A DNA stretch of 37,252 bases, from IMG/VR virus record IMGVR_UViG_3300046542_000259; one strand, written 5' to 3'. The stretch's first letter is position 1. Each line of letters starts with the position of its first letter. The translations under genes and the position numbers were made by a program. Origin of the DNA: a virus. Its lineage: Duplodnaviria > Heunggongvirae > Uroviricota > Caudoviricetes. Positions 1 to 7,207 of the stretch are shown one piece after another. The notes beneath the pieces are model-generated. The model was not told the origin of the DNA, made no database searches, and was given only the letters and a program-made list of their open reading frames with translations.

Positions 1-114
1 TTGGATGACTAATTTTAGGGCGGGCCTCTGATTCGATCCGCTCCATTATCTATTGAAGTTATTGTTTTTAAGACTCAGCTAAAAGCTAGCATTTTAAATC
101 CTATTTGTTAAAAT

Positions 115-190
115 TGGTGCGCCCACGTGGAAACGAACCACGTTAAGGAGATTTGAAGTTTCCTGCATAACCCATACATGCTCTAGGCGC
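115..190 (-). tRNA. tRNA with UCA anticodon (putative opal suppressor; not Sec-type)
   Basis: Cloverleaf GCGCCTA-GA-GCAT/ATGC-A-GGAAA CTTCAAA TCTCC-TTAA-CGTGG TTCGTTT CCACG-TGGGCGC-A-CCA; 76 nt, encoded CCA, 4-nt variable loop. Confidence 0.8.
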
Positions 191-286
191 GGTTTATAAA
201 TTAGTTAGGAAGATACTCTCACTCTATGATCAAAACTTGCTGTTACACCGTTCCCTATCATAGCAGCACTCGTGTCACTTCCTAAT

Positions 287-363
287 TGGTCTAGGTGGCA
301 GGATTTGAACCTGCGGTCTTCTGCTCCCAAAGCAGACGGATTACCAGTCTTTCCTACACCTAG
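287..363 (-). tRNA. tRNA-Pro(UGG)
   Basis: CTAGGTG/CACCTAG acceptor stem, anticodon loop TTTGGGA, T-loop TTCAAAT, encoded ACCA. Confidence 0.95.
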
Positions 364-418
364 TTATTTGTTCACGGTAGAGATAAATCCCTTAACGACA
401 CCGTGCCGCCGATCCAAA

Positions 419-556
419 TTAACGAGAAGAATCTCGCGCAATCTGATGAATATCACAACGAGAAATACCAAGATCATTTAGTTCACGATCCGACATTCTC
501 ATCAATTCATTTACTGTTTGGCGCTGTCTGCGCCACTTAGAGAAAACTTTGAACAT
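419..556 (-). CDS. DUF1127 (YjiS-like) small protein, 45 aa
   Basis: Hand-translated MFKVFSKWRRQRQTVNELMRMSDRELNDLGISRCDIHQIARDSSR; WRR..LSDREL.DLG.SR.DI pattern typical of DUF1127; AAGGA RBS; below the ORF-track length cutoff. Confidence 0.85.
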   Translation of the reverse strand: MFKVFSKWRRQRQTVNELMRMSDRELNDLGISRCDIHQIARDSSR

Positions 557-842
557 TTCAATTCCTTTTCTAATGTTCTGTTGTTACTAATTTTTAAATT
601 AGTTCAACTCTGTTTTCTCCTCCCACGTCGTACTCCCGATACGAATTTTTGATACACTAAGAACACGTTAAACTAAATCAGGCTGCTTGAGTCGCTGAAG
701 TGATCGGGTTAGCCTCACGTAATACGAACCAGCTTGGCTCCTATTGTTTTAATTGACACAGTGTCAGCCGCATCACCCTAGTTCTTGTCGCTGCGAAAAT
801 CCTCCTGACAAAAGATTTCTAAACAGCTATAGTGTAAACTTT

Positions 843-1002
843 AAGTTATAAAAACTCTTTCCTCGCCTTTTTGAACTCGTACCTCGCGGTCAAGCGATGC
901 TCTAATTCATGGTTACAGCCATGAGAGAGGTATAAGCTTTGCACATATTCTCAATGCTGTAACAATGAGTAGATATGTTGAGAAAGAGTTTATATAAACT
1001 AA
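843..1002 (-). ncRNA. Candidate structured ncRNA (multi-hairpin, possible kissing loop)
   Basis: Closing stem AAACTCTTTC/GAAAGAGTTT; internal hairpins; complementary GTTACAGC and GCTGTAAC; GCGA (GNRA) tetraloop on minus strand; no ORF. Confidence 0.5.
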
Positions 1003-1007
1003 AGTAT

Positions 1008-1084
1008 TGGTTGAAAGGACTGGATTTGAACCAGTGACCGCTGAATTATCAGTTCAGTGCTCTACCAGACTGAGCTACCCTTCA
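1008..1084 (-). tRNA. tRNA-Ile(GAU)
   Basis: Canonical cloverleaf, anticodon loop CTGATAA, T-loop TTCAAAT, encoded ACCA. Confidence 0.95.
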
Positions 1085-1135
1085 ACACTATTTCATCAAT
1101 TTTCAAAGAACAAACATTAGAATTAATGTTTTTTT

Positions 1136-1211
1136 TGGTCGAGCGAGCCAGATTTTCACTAGCACTTATTGCCCCCCATGGCAATCGGTCTATTATTTAA
1201 CCTATCTCTCG
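1136..1211 (-). tRNA. Non-canonical tRNA-Pro-like RNA with 8-nt anticodon loop
   Basis: CGAGAGA/TCGCTCG acceptor (C1:G72, A73, CCA); D-arm GGTT/GACC; anticodon stem ATTGC/GCAAT around CATGGGGG; T-arm GCTAG-TGAAAAT-CTGGC. Confidence 0.7.
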
Positions 1212-1216
1212 AAACT

Positions 1217-1323
1217 TTATTTTTAGAACACATCCCCTAGCTTTTGGTTTCGCCGGAACCTAGCCTCAGTTCCTGACACCGCTAATGAAAAGCTGACGTG
1301 CCGAAGATGTGTTCTAAAAATAA
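1217..1323 (-). ncRNA. Candidate stem-enclosed ncRNA
   Basis: Perfect 18-bp inverted repeat TTATTTTTAGAACACATC/GATGTGTTCTAAAAATAA enclosing an AGCTTTT/AAAAGCT stem with two inner hairpins; strand inferred from neighbours. Confidence 0.45.
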
Positions 1324-1377
1324 CTACTTTATCCATGGATAGAAACTTTTGATTTCGACAATGGAGTAGTCATTTAA

Positions 1378-1697
1378 TGGCGGGTTGAGGAACCAAGTAC
1401 CCGCCGACTTGGGTTTAAGCTGCTAGAGCGTAAACTTCTTTGTTGTCATTTGCATTTCTGCTGTTTGACCCGATATCGGCGGTATCATGCCGAAGCGCAA
1501 CATTTACTTTCAGCGACAATCGAGCCTATTTCGCCCCCATCAAAAACATATGCCACCTTTAAAGGGTTGCTGCCTATAACACGTCCTAATTCAGTTAAGA
1601 CTAGATGACCGTCATATGTTCGTGGTGGAGGCGGCGAGTACTGCCCTCGCGTCTTGCCTACCTATTAAAATATTGACTTACGCTCATTCCTTATGTT
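1378..1697 (-). ncRNA. ssrA: Two-piece circularly permuted tmRNA (alphaproteobacterial type)
   Basis: Acceptor piece ends GGCAGTACTCGCCGCCTCCACCA at 1623; coding piece starts GGGGGCGAAATAGG at 1538; tag frame ANDNKEVYALAA*; outer ends approximate. Confidence 0.93.
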
Positions 1698-1705
1698 CTT
1701 TAATC

Positions 1706-1734
1706 GTTCTAAATCATTTATGCCAGAATGTCAA
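1706..1734 (-). promoter_or_regulatory. sigma70-like promoter for tmRNA/tRNA cluster
   Basis: TTGACA-17-TAGAAC just upstream of the tmRNA acceptor piece. Confidence 0.55.
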
Positions 1735-1852
1735 GTACTTTTTCACTCGTGGTTGTAACTAATTCACTAGTGTTTCTAACTTCTGTTCCGTTCACAAACA
1801 CGGCGACATACTTATTGCCGTTAACATCCTTGATCGTTTTCGTAGTTACCAT
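1718..1852 (-). CDS. Hypothetical protein, 44 aa
   Basis: MVTTKTIKDVNGNKYVAVFVNGTEVRN...; AGGAG RBS; overlaps end of upstream ORF. Confidence 0.55.
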   Translation of the reverse strand: MVTTKTIKDVNGNKYVAVFVNGTEVRNTSELVTTTSEKVLDILA

Positions 1853-2066
1853 GCTTTTCTCCTGTAGCAAAAATAATTTCGTGACGTTCTAGTTCAAACG
1901 TTAGAGTTAAAATTCTAGGTCCAATTTCATTGCCGTAATGATCCAACTGTTTCTCAACCTTAGATTCAGTCGGCGTTACTTTAACACCGTTTAGCAAGTA
2001 ATCTATTTGCTGATTCTCAAGTTTCCTAGTCGTGATGTTGATCGTGCCTATTTTATTGAGCGCCAT
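1821..2066 (-). CDS. Hypothetical protein
   Basis: ORF with GAGGTGG RBS in a tightly packed operon. Confidence 0.7.
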   Translation of the reverse strand: MALNKIGTINITTRKLENQQIDYLLNGVKVTPTESKVEKQLDHYGNEIGPRILTLTFELERHEIIFATGEKHGNYENDQGC

Positions 2067-2256
2067 GATCCACCTCTGCTAGAAATTTAAGAGTTACGTG
2101 ACATCGTCCTGTTCGATGTGGCTCACCGTTTTCGTGTTCCACAACTTCATTCTCGATATGAAAGTCTCTGACATACATTCTATTGCCGTTTAGGATAATT
2201 TCAAAAGCTGTAACGACTTCATCGAAATTTTCCAGTGAGTTTACATAGAAGCGCAT
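2053..2256 (-). CDS. Hypothetical protein
   Basis: ORF directly downstream of tRNA-Met; start uncertain (ATG 2256 or TTG 2262). Confidence 0.65.
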   Translation of the reverse strand: MRFYVNSLENFDEVVTAFEIILNGNRMYVRDFHIENEVVEHENGEPHRTGRCHVTLKFLAEVDHGAQ

Positions 2257-2276
2257 CGTCAAACACTTTCAATTAT

Positions 2277-2352
2277 TGGTTGCGGAGGCGGGACTCGAAC
2301 CCGCGATTTCGAAGAATATGAGTCTTGCGAGATGCCGCTTCTCTACTCCGCA
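2277..2352 (-). tRNA. tRNA-Met(CAU), initiator-like A11:U24 but lacking the three GC anticodon-stem pairs
   Basis: TGCGGAG/CTCCGCA acceptor, anticodon loop CTCATAT, T-loop TTCGAGT, encoded ACCA. Confidence 0.9.
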
Positions 2353-2378
2353 GAAGCTTTCTTAATCACTATGCCTAA

Positions 2379-2407
2379 ACTATAACACAGTAATTTTGAT
2401 TTGTCAA
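2379..2407 (-). promoter_or_regulatory. sigma70-like promoter
   Basis: TTGACA-17-TATAGT with TG extended -10, upstream of tRNA-Met. Confidence 0.75.
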
Positions 2408-2605
2408 GCATTATTTTTAAAATATTTCAATTAAATCACTTTATTTTCAAATTTTTGATGGAAAATGGAATTGTCGTAGATTTTAAAGTCCTTGTTTTCG
2501 TCAAAAACGATCCAATCAGTATCTCTCATCTTAAATCCGGGGAGACGGCTGGAGAGGATTTCACGAACTTAGGAACTTTTTCTGTTACAGTAATATATTC
2601 CATTT

Positions 2606-2848
2606 TCAAATAACTTCCTTGATCCACGATTCAATAACTGCTTTAGGCGCAGCACCAATCTTAGACACTCTCAACTCTTCATCGACATATATTTGAGTCG
2701 TTGGCACGGCCTTAATTTGTTGTTCATTTGCTATATCAGGATTTTTATCAATGTCAATCACTTTATGGCGGAAGCCAGAAAGATTTTTGAGATGGTATTG
2801 GGAAGGCTCGTCCCAAGACGTGACATAAACGGTAAGAAAAGTTGTCAT
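2606..2848 (-). CDS. Thioredoxin-fold protein lacking the CxxC motif
   Basis: C-half DIDKNPDIA..IKAVPT..KIGAAPK.VIESWI is classic thioredoxin; WDEPS replaces WCGPC; no Cys. Confidence 0.8.
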   Translation of the reverse strand: MTTFLTVYVTSWDEPSQYHLKNLSGFRHKVIDIDKNPDIANEQQIKAVPTTQIYVDEELRVSKIGAAPKAVIESWIKEVI

Positions 2849-2851
2849 TTT

Positions 2852-3241
2852 TTAATCCGTTACTATTACTTGATTCCAAGAAAGTTGATCAATGGGTAGC
2901 GTAAGTGGGTTATAGAGTCTTTGAGAGGCTTTAATCACACCTAAACCAGTATTTGGCTCTGGCACAGGCTCAAACATCTCTTTGAATCGTTGTTCTGTTA
3001 AAACGTCAAAATCATTGATATCAAAAACTACGTAATCGCCCTCGTAAATTACTATATCATGACCTCCTTTAACATTAAAATCTGAAAATCGGATACTAAA
3101 ACGGCCTTCTGTGGGCCAGTAAATCTCAAAACTGTTTTGTTTTAAAATTTGTTCCACTTTTTCAAGAATCGTGCCGATACTGGTACGGGTTAGCTGAATC
3201 GCTTCAACTTCGGTATTCCGTGGTCTAAATTTCTTAGTCAT
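2852..3241 (-). CDS. Hypothetical phage protein (KKFRP..VEAIQ..EGDYVV type)
   Basis: 129-aa ORF with upstream promoter/hairpin; motif pattern common in phage hypotheticals. Confidence 0.75.
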   Translation of the reverse strand: MTKKFRPRNTEVEAIQLTRTSIGTILEKVEQILKQNSFEIYWPTEGRFSIRFSDFNVKGGHDIVIYEGDYVVFDINDFDVLTEQRFKEMFEPVPEPNTGLGVIKASQRLYNPLTLPIDQLSWNQVIVTD

Positions 3242-3343
3242 TAAAAAGAAAGCCTCTCAACGGGTTTAATCATTGAGAGGCTTATGACATAATGTTTCAG
3301 ATTTGTCAAGTCATTTTCTAAAATGTTTTTAGAAAAGGAAGGA

Positions 3344-5560
3344 TTAAGTCAGGTTGCCAGTGATGCCAGTACCTGTACCACCGGACTGAAACGCCCCGGA
3401 AGATTGGCCACTGAGGTTGCACCCGTTGATGATGACGTTCGTCCCGCCCTTCAGGTTGCGGACCGCGTAGGTCTGGCCGTTGGTGCCCGTGGCCATGGGG
3501 CGACAATCCACGCCCTGCATGATGAGGCTGTTGATGGATGAAAGCGCGTCCACACCATAGCCAGTCGCCCGGACGGCGCTGTTCCCCGCCTGACCGCCGT
3601 TAATCTGTATCCGCCCGCCTTCGAGTCGATAAGCGTCTCGCTTGCCCCCGCGCATCTGGCAGGCAGTGAACTCGATAGACCCCACGTAGGTGGTGTCGAC
3701 CAGGACCACGTCAGTGGAGCCATAGTTCGTGTCGCTGGTCGTACTGTTGTCAAGCGAGGCGTACATGTCGGAGAACGTGGTGATGTCACCGTACTCGGCC
3801 TTGATGGCGTTCTTGTAGTTGTTCTCGAAGCCGCCCTGCGTCCAGCGGGTGAAGTTCGGGACCTGCGTGGTCGGGCCCGTCTTGGTCAGCCAGACGCCAT
3901 AGTACAGCCAGACAGCCGCGCACTGGAAGAACTTCGTGCTGTCGGCCTTGCCGTCGATCTGCACGCCGTCGATGCGGGTGGCGAGGGCCTCACCAGCAAA
4001 CATGCAGTTCGTGAACTCGACGTTGTCTATGTTGTCCCCGCCGGTGGCCGCACTGGTCGTCTTGGTGGAGTCGTAGTTGCCCCCATTCAGCCAGACGCAG
4101 CGCGTCTGTCCACCAGTGTAAGTGTTGAGGAACTTGGTGTAACGGAAGGTCCACTTCAAGCAATTGGTCATGTAAACTAGGGCTGAGGTACAAGGTCCGT
4201 AGAACTGGCAATCTTCGAAATCAACATAAGACGTGCCGCCCTGATACACATACGAACCAGATGATCCTGTTGGCGCGTTGGTGCTATCTGGAGCGACGAG
4301 TAGGTTCGCGCCTTGCGCCGTCTTATAGAACGTGATGCCTTCGAACTTACCACCCGCCTGCTGGAAGATGTTAATCTGATCACTTGCACCGAACATCCAT
4401 CGTGTACCGGAACCATTCGTTGCCTTGTTAGGTACTCCGATATGACGGAGAGTCTTAGACTGTACAATCGTACCAGAGAAGTTAAAGTCGCCCTCTGGCC
4501 AGATCACTATGCTACCGTTTCCGATAGCTGCCATCATGGCATTCCATCCGGTTGTGTTCTGCGCAGCAGTGTTGGCTGGCCAGATATTCCAGTTTGCAGG
4601 CCGGTTGACGCGGTTCAGGCTTAGCGTATCTAGGGTCGTTGATACAACACCACCACTGTATGAGATTTGAGTAGCTGCGTAGTCATTCAGGGTAGGCGTA
4701 ACCGCCCCGGTACGGCCAGCAAAGGACGATACACCTGCGCCACCACCACCCGCTGCGGCTTCGGCTTGAGTCGCGAGCCCAGCTCCGTTCCACGTCGGAC
4801 GGTTCGTGAAGTTAGCGACACCTGTGGACGGAAGGATTTCTAACTGCTTGACCGGCGCTGCGGCGTTCGCGGTCCAAAACTCCAGACCTACCTGTGTAGC
4901 ACTGCCTGTACTCTTGCCCCGTATCTGCGCGTCACGGGTATTGAAGCCGTTGCCGCTCGGGTCGAAGGAAAGGATGGTATTTGTACCAGTAGCTCCGCTG
5001 GGGACCTCTATAGAAACTACAGGCGTTCCTGCGGCCTTGACATGCAGGTTAGCGCCAAACGTCGCCATGCCCGTAACACGATCTATGATAAACGGCGCGT
5101 CGATGTCATTGCCTGCGTCGTCACAACGCCAGACGGCAAAGGTCGATCCGGTATTACTACCGGTCTCTGCCCCGCTACCTAGGCCAATTTTGAAACGTGA
5201 CACGTTGGACGATGCTAGCTTGAACGAACGTACCGTACCGGCAGTGCCAGTTAGCATGAGGTCCCCGCTATCGACTCGAACTTGGCCATCACTCTTGACC
5301 AGAAGGAGCGTGCGTTGGAAGACGCTGGCGGCGTCGTACCAACTCACGGCTAGATTGTTAGAGTTGGTGTTCTCGATCTCGAACATACCGGTAGAGCGCT
5401 TGGCACGCAGCCGTGGACTCGCTCCGGTTGACTCCACCGTTAGCAGGGCATCGCTGGCCTTGTTGATCGTGATATCACTACCACCCGCTTTATCCGCTTT
5501 AGCCGCTAAGGCAGTACTTAAGCTGTTTACGGCGTTAATATCAATTGTCGTTAATGTCAT
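3344..5560 (-). CDS. Tail fibre/tailspike with C-terminal pectin-lyase-like beta-helix
   Basis: 738 aa, G/T/S/N-rich; VSSFAGRTGAV fibre motif; C-domain homologous to 7208..9433 (DGKADSTKF, PNFT, GGFEN); AAGGA RBS. Confidence 0.85.
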   Translation of the reverse strand: MTLTTIDINAVNSLSTALAAKADKAGGSDITINKASDALLTVESTGASPRLRAKRSTGMFEIENTNSNNLAVSWYDAASVFQRTLLLVKSDGQVRVDSGDLMLTGTAGTVRSFKLASSNVSRFKIGLGSGAETGSNTGSTFAVWRCDDAGNDIDAPFIIDRVTGMATFGANLHVKAAGTPVVSIEVPSGATGTNTILSFDPSGNGFNTRDAQIRGKSTGSATQVGLEFWTANAAAPVKQLEILPSTGVANFTNRPTWNGAGLATQAEAAAGGGGAGVSSFAGRTGAVTPTLNDYAATQISYSGGVVSTTLDTLSLNRVNRPANWNIWPANTAAQNTTGWNAMMAAIGNGSIVIWPEGDFNFSGTIVQSKTLRHIGVPNKATNGSGTRWMFGASDQINIFQQAGGKFEGITFYKTAQGANLLVAPDSTNAPTGSSGSYVYQGGTSYVDFEDCQFYGPCTSALVYMTNCLKWTFRYTKFLNTYTGGQTRCVWLNGGNYDSTKTTSAATGGDNIDNVEFTNCMFAGEALATRIDGVQIDGKADSTKFFQCAAVWLYYGVWLTKTGPTTQVPNFTRWTQGGFENNYKNAIKAEYGDITTFSDMYASLDNSTTSDTNYGSTDVVLVDTTYVGSIEFTACQMRGGKRDAYRLEGGRIQINGGQAGNSAVRATGYGVDALSSINSLIMQGVDCRPMATGTNGQTYAVRNLKGGTNVIINGCNLSGQSSGAFQSGGTGTGITGNLT

Positions 5561-5605
5561 TTTATAAAATTCCTTAAAAATTTAGTTTTTAATATGAATA
5601 GATTA

Positions 5606-7195
5606 TTAGTACCATCTGCCGATGGCACGTAGTTTCATTAATTTGGCATTGCCTCCGGGTTGCGATACCGATATCCAAGGATGAACATCACAAGTTGTGC
5701 CCGTGCCACTCCGGTAATGAATGCCTGAAGCGATGGCCTCGCCTCTTGATACTGATCCGGTTACAACTGGTTCACTTGAGAACACTGCTGGAAATGTCCA
5801 TTGATAAGCCGAGGCCCGCATAAATAATGCTCCAGATGCTGTGGCCCAAGCCGTTGCGGATTCATCAATTGAGTGCCAGCATTCTTGAGTCCCATCGGCG
5901 AAACGAATATAATTTCCATTTCCATTTGAGCCCCGTTCAATAATGTCTCCGGTCTGAAAACCGCCGCTTTGAGACACAGTACCGAATGATGGTGGTGTAA
6001 TAAATGTTCCTAGTTTAGACGCGGTGATGTGACCAATGCTTTGACAATCCACCATGAGGGCAAACCCTGATCCAGCCACTTCACTGGAGAAGCCATGTGT
6101 CATAGTTTTAACGGTTTGATCATCGATAGCTATGCAACGAATAAATTTAATGTTACTAGCAGCACTTGTGCCATTTCCTAGTACGCGGAAACCAGCAACA
6201 CTCACAACAGCTTGGCCAGATGCACCAGAGTTTCGGGACACACAATCTACAAAAAGACTGTTGTCGGTGCGTAGGTCTACGGGTTGAGCCGCGTTACCAG
6301 AGGCTACAAAGCCAACGCCACAATTATACGCGGTGCACTTAGAAATGATGCATCGGATCGCAGAATTGGCAAGTTTGAATCCCCAAATATAAATGTTACG
6401 AGCAACACCGCCCTCAACAATACACTCTTTATTTCCCGCGCTTCCGGTAAGATCGACGCCTTGGTCCGCCGTTTCTACATAAGGATAAAGAATTCTGACC
6501 CCAGTACCACCGCCTACGGCGATACACCGACTGAAGCGAATCGTAGCAACACCGTTTAGTGTGCCGGGGAGATTGATAACTCTTGGTGCAACAACGTCGA
6601 TTCTAGTGCAATTATTGAGCCAAATACCTTGAACTTGGTCATCAGTAGCAGCAGTTCTGGACCATGCTATGTCGTGGACATAAGGTCGAATAATGCGCGA
6701 AGATTCACCAATTTGTTCAAACAAGATACCTGTGCCACTATCATTGCCATAAACTTCAAGGTCCTCGAAATGACAAGACGAGCACGCCACAAACTTCATA
6801 CCAAAGGCAGAATTCAGAGCACCGTTGTTGCCGCCAGAACCATTTAATAGACCACCATTTGTGCCATCACCATTACGGTTTACTTTTACACGACGTAGAT
6901 CAACATTAATTTTCGTATCAGCCTCAAGAGTGATAACACTAAGAGACGCGCCGGGAGCTAGCTGTTTGAATTCTGTATCCCATAAGCTACAATTGGAAGG
7001 GAGACTAATTTTGCCAGTAACGGCGTACACTCCCTTTCCTCCTGTCAAAGGGACGCCAGCGGCTAAAGCATTAGCCACTGCAACTGTGTCATCAGTTGTA
7101 CCGTTACCTACAGCACCGAAACTTTTAAGAGTCCTGCGCCATAACGATTCTGGTAAACCATTAACGGAGGATGAATCAATTTTGGTAAAAGCCAT
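5606..7195 (-). CDS. Tailspike/depolymerase (beta-helix plus C-terminal fibre-tip domain)
   Basis: LKSFGAVGNGTTDDT pectate-lyase-3-type start; beta-helix repeats; C-terminal ERGSNGNGNYIRFADGTQECW...AIGRW. Confidence 0.85.
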   Translation of the reverse strand: MAFTKIDSSSVNGLPESLWRRTLKSFGAVGNGTTDDTVAVANALAAGVPLTGGKGVYAVTGKISLPSNCSLWDTEFKQLAPGASLSVITLEADTKINVDLRRVKVNRNGDGTNGGLLNGSGGNNGALNSAFGMKFVACSSCHFEDLEVYGNDSGTGILFEQIGESSRIIRPYVHDIAWSRTAATDDQVQGIWLNNCTRIDVVAPRVINLPGTLNGVATIRFSRCIAVGGGTGVRILYPYVETADQGVDLTGSAGNKECIVEGGVARNIYIWGFKLANSAIRCIISKCTAYNCGVGFVASGNAAQPVDLRTDNSLFVDCVSRNSGASGQAVVSVAGFRVLGNGTSAASNIKFIRCIAIDDQTVKTMTHGFSSEVAGSGFALMVDCQSIGHITASKLGTFITPPSFGTVSQSGGFQTGDIIERGSNGNGNYIRFADGTQECWHSIDESATAWATASGALFMRASAYQWTFPAVFSSEPVVTGSVSRGEAIASGIHYRSGTGTTCDVHPWISVSQPGGNAKLMKLRAIGRWY

Positions 7196-7207
7196 TTCAG
7201 CGAAACC

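Noticed and set aside
115-190. tRNA-Sec or genome-wide UGA recoding
   Set aside because: No long variable arm or extended acceptor stem; long genes are open in the standard code and several end at TGA
272-481. 69-aa plus-strand ORF
   Set aside because: Antisense shadow of tRNA-Pro and the DUF1127 gene
1235-1305. Hammerhead ribozyme or SRP RNA
   Set aside because: CTGA and CGAAAC are present, but the CUGANGA core and the SRP helix-8 motif are not
4806-5567. 253-aa plus-strand ORF and the other plus-strand ORFs in the track
   Set aside because: Antisense shadows of minus-strand genes, lacking RBS and recognisable protein features
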